A stretch of DNA of 64,000 bases from Octopus sinensis. Its lineage: Eukaryota. Both the position numbers and the translations under genes were made by a program. Within the stretch, counting starts at the first letter, position 1, and each line of letters starts with the position of its first letter. Location of the stretch: the NCBI RefSeq assembly GCF_006345805.1, contig NC_043024.1, positions 18,228,001 to 18,292,000 on the forward strand. The letters are read 5' to 3'. Positions 51,660 through 64,000 of the stretch are shown piece after piece. The notes below the pieces were generated by a model. That model was not told the DNA's origin and did not search any database. It worked only from the letters and a program-made list of their open reading frames with translations.

Positions 51660-53239
51660 AGAAAGAAAACAGTCATATAACAATCCAAACTATGTTGCCT
51701 GAAGGTAAGATGGATGGTCATAGTTGGAATGCTATTGATCAGAGGCCTACTTAATCAGCACTGACATGAGGTTAAACAGTGACAACTACATCATATATGG
51801 TGAAGTTAAGAAATTTGCTTCACACCAATATGGGTTTGATTTCAATCCCACTGTGGAGTAAGAGCCTTCTGCTCTAGCCCTGGGACAGCCAATTGCTTGT
51901 GAATGAATTCGGAAGGCAAAGTCTGGTGAAAGCCCAGCATGTGAGTGTATGTTTGTGTGGCACCCAAGACACAAAATTTACCTCCCTATAACTTAGCAGC
52001 TCACCAAAAGGGATCAGTGGAATAAATATCAGACTTAGAAATAACTACTGGGTACAATTTTTTTTCAAATAAGCCTTTCAAGATAGTGCTGCATGGCTGC
52101 AGTTCAATGACTGACACAAAAAGGAATATTTCATTCTTCTTTTCTACTCTAGACACAAGGCCTGAAATTCTTGGGGAAGTTGCCAGTCAATTAGATCGAC
52201 CCCAGTATGCAACTGGTACTTAATTTATCAACCCCGAAAGGATGAAAGGCAAGGTCGACCTCAGTAGAATTTGAATTCAGAACTCAAAGATAAACAAAAT
52301 GCCGCTAAGCATTTCACCTGACATGCTAACGTTTCTGCCAGTGCACCACCTTAGGAATATTTCATTATTGTTTTGCATCTTGATTGATTCAGTTTTTAGT
52401 TTATGTAGATCAGCCCTGAGTATACCTACAGTAGAGAATATGGTTATTCAAGGAACTCAGAGATCAAGTAAGGTACCAGCTAAATACACCAGACTTCCAC
52501 ACAGCTTACCAAACTTCTTCATAGTTACTTTCTACTGTATTTTATTCCCAAGGCTTTAATTAACCCAATGCTGTGATAAAAGACACTCCCCTAAAGGAGT
52601 GTACTATGTGCAGTTAAGCCCCAAAACCACATAGCCTGTCCAGTGTCTCAAAGTTTGATGTTAGTTAATCTACAGAAATATTTGGCAAGCCTAAATCAGT
52701 CAAGGATCAGCAACTGTAATTGTAATGGAGGCACATGGCTTAGTGGTTAGGGTGTTGTAAGATTGTGGTTTCAATTCCTGGACCAGGCAATACCATGAGC
52801 TCTTGGGCAAGACACTTCATTTTACACTACTCCAGTTCACTCAGCTGGCTAAAATGAGTAATCTTATAATGGACCAGTGTCTCCTCCAGGAAACCGATTC
52901 TATGAATCTACATGTCTTGGGAAAGAGCTTTATCTGTATCCAACTGTAGTTCTCCCCCAGAGTAAACTCAGTTATATTGTTATAATGGACACTAGACATA
53001 TGACAAGGTCAAGTTAGTCCAGTAATATTGACCAAAACAAATCAACATTCATTGTAAATGGTTTTGTTTTGTCTTTTTTTTTTTTTTGGTATCCAATGAC
53101 AAATGTTCCTACAACAGGTCTAACAAATGACAATTGAAATGTCTCAGAGACTACAGGGTCTCCATTATTTATGATTGGCCATACATCTGCACCTGGATAT
53201 CTTATCAGTAATTCACTATTATCCTTGGATAAGAGATAA

Positions 53240-53620
53240 TTAACTCGTTAGCATTCAGATTAGTCTATCAAATGTAATACTTATTTATTCCCATTGTTTT
53301 GGATTTATCATGCATTATCTTGGAGCTTCAAAATTTCAGTAATTTAGAAAGACATTGTAGGGTAGGTGTGAGAGGTCAGATCTGGTTGGGTTGAACATAA
53401 AACCGGGAGAGTATTTGGACTGGACATGTCCAATTTAACCCTTTAGCATTCAGATTATTCCATCAAATGTAATGGTAATTATTCACATTGTTTTCAGTTT
53501 ATCATGCATTATCTCGTAGCATCTAAATTTCAATGATGTGATGGTTTACTTTTAGAATGACAGTGTAGGGTTAGTGCAAAAAGCCAGATCTAATGAAAAA
53601 CAGATAAAATATTTGGGCTA
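53240..53620. mobile_element. Two tandem degenerate copies of a second TTAA-CCCTTT MITE family
   Basis: tagcattcagatt...tcaaatgtaat...tgtagggt...cagatct repeated near 53240 and 53435. Confidence 0.6.
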
Positions 53621-54115
53621 CCTGTTGTCTCAGACCATATAGCTGTTAAAAGGTATCAACAATAGAGATTGGTATATTTCTCATCACTTTACTAACAAGA
53701 TGCATATGTTATCAAAGGAATCTCCACGAAATAGCAGCCAAATCCCTCAGGCTTTGCATTCTATTGTATTAAATAAAGAAGGATACAGTGAATGATGTAG
53801 CCCATGATGAACACAATCAGGAAAGGAAGATGAAATGGTCACAGCTTGGATGTTTTTGATAATATATACAACCAAAAAGGGTGGGTGAGAGAGAGAGCGG
53901 GAGAGAGAGAGAGAGTGTGTGTGTGAACGACAGAAATAAAGAGGTAGAGAGATCAATCCACCCCACCCACTTTAATTATTATATCACACACTCCCAACAC
54001 CCAAGTGTGTGCGTATATGTATATGTGTGTGTACACACACACACACTATTATTTGTTCACCAGTCCAGTCATTGATCTGCAGCTTCAAATTTTAATCAAT
54101 CACACTGACCTTAGT

Positions 54116-55376
54116 CATCATCATCATCATTTAACATCCGCTTTCCATGCTAGCATGGGTTGGACGATTTGATTGAGGTCTGGTGAACCAAACTCCAATC
54201 TGATCTGGCAGAGTTTCTACAGCTGAATGCCCTTCCTAACACCAACCACTCCAAGAGTGTAGTGGGTTCTTTTATGTGCCACCGGCACAAGGGCCAGTTT
54301 GGTGGTACTGGCAATGGCCACGCCCAAATGGTGCTTTTTATGTGCCACCTGCACAGAAGCCAGTCCAGTGGCACTGGCGACAACCTAGCTCAAATGTTTC
54401 ATGTGCCACTAGCACAAGTGCTAGTAAGGTGACGTGGTAACAATCACACTCGAATGGTGTGTTTAACGTGCCATCGGCAGGGAGGCCGGCTTGTTGCTCT
54501 GGCAACGATCTCACTCGTATGATACTCTTAGCGCTCCACTAGCAACAGATGCCAGTCACTGAGTTTGATTTCAACTTCGATTTTCACTTGCCTCAACAGG
54601 TCTTCGCAAGCAGAGTTTAGTGTCCAATGAAGAAAGGCACACATAAGTGGACTGGTTACACCTCTAGCATAGGCCACAAGGTTATGGTCACACTTGCGCT
54701 TGCCGAGTCTTCTGCAGCACAGTATATATTTCCAGAGGTCCTGGTCACTAGTCATTGCCTCGGTGAGGCCAATGTTTGAAGGTCATGCTCACCACCTCAT
54801 CTCAGGTCTTCCTGGGTCTACCTCTTCCACAGGTTCCCTCAACTGCTAGGGTGTGGCACTTTTTCACACAGCTATCCACATCCATTCTCGCCACATGACT
54901 ATACCAGCACAGTCATCTCTCCTGCACACCACATCTGATGCTTCTTAGGTCCAACCTTTCTCTCAGGGCACTAACACTCTGTTGAGTATGCACACTGACA
55001 TTACACATCCATCGGAGCATGCTGGCTTCATTCCTTGTGAGCTTACGCATGTCATCAGCAATCACAGCCCATGTTTCACTGCCATGTAGCATGGCTGTTC
55101 GTACACATGCGTCGTACAGTCTACCTTTTACTCTGAGCAAGAGGCCCTTTGTCACCAGCAGAGGTAAGAGCTCTCTGAACTTAGCCCAGGCTATTCTCAT
55201 TCTAGCAGCTACAGTTTCAGTGCCCCACTCTCGCTACTGACTTGGTCACCTAGGTAATGGAAGCTATCAACTACTTCTAGTTTTTCTCCCTAGAATGTGG
55301 CGGAAGTTGTTCTCTGCACATTTTCAGTGTTATTTATAGCTCCTGAGCATCTGCCACAAATGAAAACTATCCTCTC
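54116..55376 (-). mobile_element. RTE-clade LINE 3' portion (post-RT region, 3' UTR, (ATG)n tail)
   Basis: RIAWAKFRELLPLL...KGRLYDACVRTAMLHGSETW...EASMLRWMC; ends ...gcggatgttaaatgatgatgatg. Confidence 0.9.
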
Positions 55377-56143
55377 AGTTTTTAATTCTGGTACTTATTT
55401 TATCAGTTTCTATTTGTCGAACCACTAAGTGACAGGACACAAGCAAACAGTACCAACTGCTAAAAAGCATAAACACTGACCATAATACACACACATACAC
55501 AAACACACATGCACACAGATGCACACACAGGTATTTGCTTGACTCCTTTGGATTATCCATACAACTGATTAGACATGTGTACATTTGTGCATTTATGCAT
55601 GTTTACATGTGCGGAGGGGGGATCATGCGTGTGTGTATGTGCTTGTGTGTGTGTGCTTGTGTGTGTATGCTTGCATTCTGTATGGATAAGGGCTGAGCTA
55701 TTAATGATGATGGTTGTTGACAATTCTCTGCCATGAAATCTCCACTAGCTCTCACCTTCAAAGATGAATGGAAAGCAAAATCTCTGACAGAAAAAGCACA
55801 TTTATGGTTAGCAACAGGAAGAGCATCCAACTGTAAAACAATACTTCAATGATATGTACTCCTCTAACCCATAATAGCATGGTGAAAATGGAAGTAAATC
55901 AAATGAATGAATATCATCACCATTTTTACATCCACTTTCCATGTGGCATGAATTGGACAGTTAGATAGGACCCAATGGGTCAAAGAACCACATCTTGATC
56001 CACCATCTCAGTTATGCACTAATTCAGCTAAGGAGGACAGGAAGAGATTATTAATATGTCAGGCAATTTTTACTTCATCGAGATGGCTAGATAGTAAAGA
56101 AGTGAGAAGAAAGAATTGTAAAGCAAACACACATACACACACA

Positions 56144-56606
56144 CATTCAGTTGTCACTCACAGGAAAACACACACATTCATTTAGACATCACTCACAGCA
56201 AAACACACATACACATTCATTCAGTTGTCACTCACAGGAAAATACAGACACATCATTTAGTCATCACTCACAGGAATACACAGTCATTTAGTCATCGTTC
56301 ACAGGAATACAGTCATTTAGTCATCACTCATAGGAAAACACACATACTCATTCAGTTGTTACCCACAGGAAAACACACACTCATTTAGTCATCACTCACA
56401 GAAAAATGCTCACACATACACGCACATACTCATTCAGTTGTCACCCACAGGAAAACACACACCCATTTGGTCGTCACTCACAGGAAAACACACACACACT
56501 CATTTAGTTGTCACTCACAGGAAAACACACACATGCACACTCATTTATTCATCACTCACAGGAAAACACAGTCATTTAGTCATCACTCATGGGAAAACAC
56601 ACACAC
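56144..56606. repeat. Minisatellite, 13 units of about 30-45 bp
   Basis: Core catt(c/t)agt(tg/ca)tcactcacaggaaaa followed by variable (CA)n. Confidence 0.9.
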
Positions 56607-56856
56607 TTATTTACTGGTTACTGCCAGTCAAGTATGAACTGGTGACATACACCATACCCTGACTCCTGTTTTGGGTGACCAATGTAGTACCTACTCACCC
56701 TCTCAACCCCTGATCCAAAAGTCTAAAGGAGAATGTGCTACACCTATCTAATTCAGATGTGGGCAAGTTTTTAAGCACAGCAGGCCATATGAGACATGAC
56801 TCATCCTAAAAAATTCAAGGAAATTTTTCATTAGGCATGTCATTAATGAAGCTCGG

Positions 56857-56956
56857 NNNNNNNNNNNNNNNNNNNNNNNNNNNNNNNNNNNNNNNNNNNN
56901 NNNNNNNNNNNNNNNNNNNNNNNNNNNNNNNNNNNNNNNNNNNNNNNNNNNNNNNN
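56857..56956. other. Assembly gap (100 N)
   Basis: Direct reading. Confidence 1.
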
Positions 56957-57570
56957 GAGTTATGTTTGTAAGATGGTTGATAATTTTATGGGTGTCTGCC
57001 AAGTCAGCTGCCAGACGTCGGAGTTTCAATGTGTCCATGCCCAGGGAAGTAAGGCGTTCAGAATATGGCAAATGCCTGATGGAGGGTATTCTTTTGGTTG
57101 CATGTCGCTGAACAGCTTCCAGACGATTGATATCTTGGGCAAGATAGGGGTACAAGACCGGTGATGCAAATTCCAGGCGAGGTCTTACCATAGCTATATG
57201 AAGCCGCAGATAGATAGTCGGAGAGCGGCTCACAAAGGATTTGGTGAGTGATGCCAAGACACCCTCAGCCTTCTTGACAATTTTAGCGATGTGTTTTGTC
57301 CAATGCAAATCGACAATAACACCCAGGTCACGTTCGCACGAAGGCTTTTTGAGATAAGTGTTGTGGCGGGAGTAGGTGGACGATGGGTTTCTCCTCCCAA
57401 AATGCATGGTGGTACATTTGTCCACATCCAGCTCAAGTTGCCAGTCAATGATCCACTGCTGTATTGTGTCCAGGTCTGCTTGCAATAGAGATCTATACTG
57501 TACAGGATCTGACCTCTTCATTTCGAGGTACAGCTTTATGTCATCTGCATATTTCAGCACTGTGGCATTC
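56957..57570 (-). mobile_element. CR1-clade LINE RT C-terminal fragment (second family)
   Basis: KYADDIKLY...LQADLD...ERDLGVIVD...VRPRLEFAS...LEAVQRHATK...YSERL. Confidence 0.9.
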
Positions 57571-57627
57571 TTTAAGTTGGCATCTATGTTATATAATATA
57601 TAATTATATTAAATTATTTATGTATTA

Positions 57628-57702
<75 letters not shown>

Positions 57703-58079
57703 GTATATATGTGTGTTATATATATATGTGTGTGTGTTGGATGTTATATGATGATGATGATGATGATATACATATCATCATCATCATCATCATCATCATT
57801 TAACATCTGTTGTCTATGCTGGCATTGTATGTGCATATCTGCATATCCTTTACTCAGGATGAAAAATAGTGGATTTGACGTTTTGACAAGGTCTGACATA
57901 TATTCGAATGATTCTGACTTGTGTTGGTAAGTTTTAGCCTTGAGTAATAACATGTGTGCATCACCTCTCACATTAGACACTGCACAGGATATTCTAATAT
58001 CTTCGCACATGGAGATACACCATATAAATATACTCTCTTCACCATACAAACACACACACACACGCACACACACACACAC

Positions 58080-58120
<41 letters not shown>

Positions 58121-58121
<1 letters not shown>

Positions 58122-58200
58122 ACAGGGTGCGATGGGTAAATTTTTGTCATTTTATATTTTTTATTTCACATATGTGCACTGTTTATTTTTTTGATTTTGC
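58121..58200. mobile_element. Possible Tc1/mariner-type left end
   Basis: ta-cagggtgcgatgggtaaatt; no partner TIR seen. Confidence 0.3.
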
Positions 58201-58217
58201 TGACTAAGTATAGTAAG

Positions 58218-58545
<328 letters not shown>

Positions 58546-59030
58546 GTTTGTCAGTCTCTCATATAACCGTTAGACCATGGCAATTTCTGTATTACCCCAA
58601 AAGACTTTTGGGGTAGATTTTAAAAAATTTCTAAAACTTTTGATCTTTTGAACTAGAAAAAAAATGGAATTTTAAACGAGGATTTCCAAGGGTCCCTGAA
58701 ATCTATTAAAACCTCACCCTTCACAATACCTCAGCTTCTTATCATTTTTCATTTTTAAGCATTCCGTCTCTCCATCGCTAATTGCTAATTTCCCAATTGT
58801 CACTTTTTTCTACCTGTTCATTCCTCCTGTCACCACCCCCTTATTCTTATTCCTACTATCACATTCACAAGGGCCTTAACTCACACCTATGCAAACTTAA
58901 CTTCTCTTAGCTTAGCATCCCCTGTTACTTTCTGACATTACTCTTTACTCTCCCCTTTCGCCTTCCCAACCTCTCCGTCCCACTAACAGTGTTACCATGC
59001 TGTCTCTCTCTGTACTATGTACATACATAC

Positions 59031-59188
59031 ATGATGATGATGCATGCCCCTCGTTATCGAGTATGGCCATTGCACGAAACTTAACTGTTACTGGTGCTGC
59101 GATCGAATGTGACTTTTTAGCCCAGCTAATGATCTACAATGTCTTGTGCAGAATTGGAAGCTAAAACCTTTACCGGTAATAGCCGGCT
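59031..59188 (-). mobile_element. Short copy of the zinc-finger RTE-like 3' end
   Basis: Closely matches 59552-59705; GFSFQFCTRHCRSLAGLKSHIRSQHQ*. Confidence 0.75.
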
Positions 59189-59221
59189 GTATGTATGTAC
59201 GTACATACATACATACATACA

Positions 59222-59255
<34 letters not shown>

Positions 59256-59391
59256 CATGTATATGTGCATTCCTATATGGACTCATGTATACTTATGTAT
59301 AGATGCTTATATGCATAACTACAAACACAAGGACAGATCGCTAGCTACTAAACTTTTTTTGTATTTTCTCTCCCTGTTTATTTCTGTGTTC

Positions 59392-59427
59392 CTTTCTGTC
59401 AAAGAGCATAGGCTCGAAACATAAAAG
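59392..59427 (+). ncRNA. Degenerate minimal hammerhead-like motif in a Penelope-like terminal fragment (about 59330-59520)
   Basis: cuuu CUGUCAA a gagc-auag-gcuc GAA ACAU A aaag. Confidence 0.55.
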
Positions 59428-59551
59428 ACTTTCTCACTTCCCGGTGTTAAACTAATACATCTGTTTCTTGTTTACACACCCGTCTTCGTCTTTTGCTTTT
59501 TTGCAAATTCTCACTGTACATACATACAAACTTACATACATACATACATAC

Positions 59552-59903
59552 ATGATGGCTGCCCTCTTGTTATCGAGTATGGCCATTGCACGAAACTTAA
59601 CTGTTACTGGTGCTGTGATCGAATGTGACTTTTTAGCCCAGCTAAAGATCTACAATGTCTTGTACAGAATTGGCAACTAAAACCTTTACTGGTAATAGCC
59701 AGCTGTAGTTGTAACTGGGCTTCATGTACCTTTGCATGTCGTTTAAGTCCTCCTGCCGAATTACACTCTCTTCCACATGCCCGACAGATATGATTAGTAT
59801 GGTGTGTTACACCACCACCAGTGGCCAGGTTGTCACTCATCTGTCTCGTTTTATGACTACGAAGATGATTCATGAGTCCAGCTTTACTGAGGCAGGGTCT
59901 TGC
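59552..59903 (-). mobile_element. RTE-like LINE 3' end encoding three tandem C2H2 fingers
   Basis: ..RPCLSKAGLMNHLRSH / CRACGRECNSAGGLKRHAKVH / CQFCTRHCRSLAGLKSHIRSQH*, then a short 3' UTR ending gcagccatcat. Confidence 0.75.
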
Positions 59904-59904
59904 A

Positions 59905-60300
59905 TATACATACATACATACATACACACATACATACATACATACATACATACATACATACATACATACATACATGCATGCATGCATGCATACATGCATA
60001 CATGCATACATACTTATATACATACATACATACATGCATCAATACATACATACATACATACATACATACATACATACATACATACATACATACATACATA
60101 CATGCATACATACATACATACATTCATACATACATACATACACACATACATGCATACATACATACATACATACATACATACATACATACATACATACATA
60201 CATACAAACATACATGCATACATACATACATACATACATACATACATTCATACATACATACATACATTCATACATACATACATACATACATACATACATA
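59905..60300. repeat. (TACA)n array
   Basis: Direct reading. Confidence 0.95.
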
Positions 60301-60314
60301 GACAGATGAAAACA

Positions 60315-60975
60315 TTTTTTTTTTGGACGTGTAAACAGGGAAATAACACAAAAGTCGTTGTTAGCAATGGAGAAAATGTAACATTAACTCGGTTTATCCA
60401 TTGAAAAAAAAAACCTACGAGAAAGAACCACGGTAACCTCTGAAACGAAAAAGAAAAAACATTAACATGAGATCAAGGTGCTCTTTCTTGTTTTGTTTTA
60501 TAGGTTCGTGCTCAAGGTGGTTCCGTCATTTATTTGTACCTTCCTTGCCACATTCACCCACCATTTATTGAACCTTTCATTAGACAAAACTTCCCTCTCT
60601 ATTCTCACCTTCCTCTTCAAGTGATACCCTCATCTTCTTCAAGTTGGCCAGAGAGGAAAGTGTTTGTCTCTAAACCTTTCTCCCAAGTCCACCACACACT
60701 TTCTTTCATCATAGCCACCAGTACAATGAAAACTGCCTTGCCTTCCTGGCTAAAGGAATGTGGCGGGGCAATATTCACAATAGACTCGGCCGTCAACCGA
60801 ATTTGTCCTACACGTGACAGCAGCCGTTTGACATTTGCCCACAAGTCTGAAATGTTTGGACATTGCACGAGTGCGTGCCGGACGGTTTCGTCGCTCTGAC
60901 CGCATTTCTTGAACCGTACCTGTAAAGCTAATCCCGAACGGGCAATGCTTCTCAATAGCACTGATTCAACCAATA
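60315..60975 (-). mobile_element. Tx1/L1-like LINE 3' end (zinc-knuckle region plus poly-A)
   Basis: KCGQSDETVRHALVQCP...VAMMKESVWW...YHLKRKVRIERE; minus-strand A10 at 60315-24. Confidence 0.8.
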
Positions 60976-61258
60976 CTCTGTAAGTGGCTTTGGTAGACAG
61001 AAATCAAAAGAAACCAGTCATATATACACACACACATACATACATGCACGTCTGTTGCAATAATATAACAAGAATGGAAAATTATTCATCTTTAATTAAA
61101 ATATTTTTCAGCACAATTTTAATTAAGAAGCAATTTTATATACTGAGAAAAAATTTTAATTAAGAAAGCATAATTTGTCATTCATTATAATTTCTTTCTA
61201 ATATACAGTGGAATTTTATATAAAATTCTTCAAAGCTAACTCAAGATTTACCAATAAC

Positions 61259-61642
61259 ACTCTATTACTCTATTACTCTATTACTTGTTTCAGTCATTTG
61301 ACTGCGGCCATGCTGGAGCACCGTCTTTAGTCGAGCAAATCGACCCCAGGACTTATTCTTTGTAAGCCCAGTACTTATTCTATCGGTCTCTTTTGCCGAA
61401 CCGCTAAGTGACGGGAACGTAAACACACCAGCATCGGTTGTCAAGCAATGCTAGGGGGACAAACACAGACACACACACACACACGCATATATATATATAT
61501 ATACATATATACGACAGGATTCTTTCAGTTTCCGTCTACCAAATCCACTCACAAGGCATTGGTCGGCCTGGGGCTATAGCAGAAGACACTTGCCCAAGAT
61601 GCCATGCAGTGGGACTGAACCCGGAACCATGTGGTTGGTTAG
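61259..61642 (-). mobile_element. SINE-A, young-looking copy with (AGTAATAG)n tail
   Basis: CpGs retained; 8-mer tail repeats. Confidence 0.88.
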
Positions 61643-62348
61643 CATAAAAAGTCTTTTCTTTCTTTTGTCTTTGGTCTGTAAGTGTTATTTTCCATTTGTT
61701 TCTACCAAGAAATGAAAGGAAATGACTACTATTTCCTTCAAACTTTGCTTTTGACATCACACATTTTCATCACTTACATTCTTATCTCTCGCTACTCCTC
61801 TCCCACCCCCTCTTAATATCTTGACCACCAACTTCACACTCCTTTTTTCATTTTCTCTTTCTTCTCTTCCTTACATTTTTCATTTTCTCTTCTTGTTTTC
61901 ATTTTATCTTCCTCTTCCTTCTTCTTTCCTCACCTATTCCTTTTGACTATTCTCCTCATTTTAACTTACACAACTTTTCTCTCCTCTCTTAATACTACCA
62001 CTACATTCTCAAATTTTCATTCACACCCCAAGACCCCTTTGAATGAACAGCACATGGAATCTACGTCTCCACACTTTCCATTTGTGATGACAAAATATGA
62101 ACTCCTATTGGAATTTACATACCACAGACAGGAATCATTTCTACCACTTCTACGTACCACTTTCCTTGGAACTGCAACTATAACATCTTTATACATTTTT
62201 ATTTTTATTTCTACATTCATTCTCCTATTTCCCTATATACTCCTTACTCGCTTCCTTTTCCAAAATAACTCCTCATATTGAACTCTACGATTTCCCTCCA
62301 TTTACCCATCTCACATCGTCTCTGATAAAGGAATACCCATCTCACATC

Positions 62349-62396
62349 GTCTCTGATGAAGGGGTATCCCCGATATCCCAGAAACAGCTGTAAGGC
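62349..62396 (+). ncRNA. Minimal type-I hammerhead ribozyme motif with canonical core
   Basis: gucu CUGAUGA a gggguau-ccccg-auauccc a GAA ACAGCUGU A aggc; GUA cleavage triplet. Confidence 0.8.
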
Positions 62397-62489
62397 TAAC
62401 CTTCTCTTTATAAATGTCCTGAAAACTCCACACAGCATTGGTTTTGTTGTCTCATTTTATTTAACACACACACACACACACACACACAT

Positions 62490-62892
62490 ATCATCATCAT
62501 CATCATCATTTAACGTCTGTTGTCCAGAGCTGGCAAGGTGAGGGTCTGCGCAGACTCCAGTCTGTTTTAGCATGATTTCTATGGCTGGATGCCTTTCCTA
62601 ATGCCAATCACTCCAAGAACATAATGGGTTGCTTGTATGTGCCACTGACGTGGGTGCCAGTTGTGTGACACCATTATCTGCCACAATTGTGATTTTACTT
62701 GGATTGACATAGGTCTCCTACTCAGGCACGACGTATTGCCTAAGATCTTGGTCATTTGTCATTACCTCTGTAAGGCCCAACTCTCAAAAGGTGTTACTTA
62801 CCTGACACCAGTGCAGCTGCTGGTTACCTGACACCAGCATCGGCCATATTAATTCCATGAGAGCCAATGCTCGAAAGGTGCTAGTTACATAT

Positions 62893-62900
<8 letters not shown>
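62490..62900 (-). mobile_element. Element with RTE-type tail
   Basis: catcatcatttaacgtctg...atggctggatgcctttcc, same tail family as 54116. Confidence 0.65.
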
Positions 62901-62934
<34 letters not shown>

Positions 62935-64000
62935 ACACACACACACGCACACACACACGCACGTACACACACATGCGTGTGTATATGTGTGTGTGTGTGA
63001 CTGGGTGGTGTATATAAATAAAAGAAAAACTAGTTAAATGGGTGAGCTGGAAATTGAACTCTGATTCAGGTGTTAATAAGACAGTAATTTAATATCAAAG
63101 TATACTATTTCCATACTCAGGTGGTAACACAGATGCATACATATGCACACATGCAGACACACACACGGACACACACACATATACATATGAATATGTGCGT
63201 GTATCTGATTACATATGCATGCATAGGTATACACATGCAGACTAATGCACAGGTAGAAATACTTGGACAAATAAACATACATCAACATGTTATAAAGCTC
63301 TGTTTTTCCTTCTTGTATGTATATATATATTTATGTATATATACATACATACATACATACATATATAATATAATATAATATATAGCTATATATTATAATA
63401 TATATATATATATATATCATATATATGTATATTATATATGTATATATTATATATATATAATATATATATTATATATATATCTTCCTACCCCACCATAGAA
63501 TAGAGAGATAAATAGATAGATCGATAGACCGATATAGATATCTATATGTATATATGCATAAACAGATCAATCAATCAAACAATTAATCAATGAATCAATC
63601 TATATATCTATCTGTCTGTCTATCTACCCATCTGTCTGTCTCTCTGTCTGCCTGTTTCCTATCTATCTATCTATCTATCTATCTGTCTATCTATCTATAT
63701 ATCTATCTATCTATCTATCTATCTATATATATATATATACATAAAATATATGTATATGTATGTAAACATATAAGTATGAATATTTGTACGTATGTATGCC
63801 TATACACTCACCTGTATATATATATATGTATATGTATATATACGTGCTTGTGTGCATGCTAGTGTGTAATGCATATATGTTTGTACATACATATACTCGC
63901 ATGTATATATATATGTGTGTGTCTGTGTGTATGTCTATAGACATGTAGATATAAGTATATGTAAAATTATAAACAGTCGTGCAAGCGCGCACATACATAC

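Noticed and set aside
52409-52467. AG...GTAAGG-bounded 59-nt candidate exon
   Set aside because: No homology recognised; the start resembles a dispersed repeat.
56144-56606. CRISPR-like array
   Set aside because: Eukaryotic context, linkers are (CA)n rather than unique spacers, repeats vary, no cas genes.
56957-57570. Missing middle of the CR1 element at 44025-51482
   Set aside because: It overlaps the same ORF2 region as 46769 onward with a clearly different sequence, so it is a separate family.
57790-58050. About 90 open codons on the minus strand in unique-looking sequence
   Set aside because: No splice signals or domain; bounded by microsatellite and an RTE tail.

Overview
AT-rich, microsatellite-saturated animal genomic DNA. 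The repeat content looks like an octopus or other coleoid cephalopod (my recognition, not verified). Only one host coding exon is supportable: the terminal C2B exon of synaptotagmin-7 (+, 23748-24052). Its upstream exons were not found in the window, so 1-23747 is probably one long intron. The rest is nested mobile DNA: several modular tRNA-derived SINE families, fragments of RTE, CR1 and Tx1/L1-like LINEs, hAT-, piggyBac- and pogo-like MITEs, Helitron/Helentron-like elements and Penelope-like terminal fragments. Main observations: (1) four unrelated minimal type-I hammerhead-ribozyme motifs, one with a swapped G3:C8 core pair and one with an intact canonical core; (2) two independent insertions at the same position of a SINE head, one a Tx1-like LINE 3' end and one a SINE carrying that LINE's tail, suggesting a SINE-targeting LINE plus its parasite; (3) a perfect 218-bp inverted repeat 1.7 kb after the syt7 stop; (4) a 7.7-kb block in which a MITE is split by a CR1 element whose interior is a self-complementary (TA)n/ATGCAT array holding an inverted copy of its 3' end; (5) RTE-like 3' ends encoding three tandem C2H2 fingers. 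Most ORFs in the supplied track are microsatellite artefacts. All alignments were done by eye, and most repeat boundaries are approximate. Labels SINE-A/B/C/D are my own working names.
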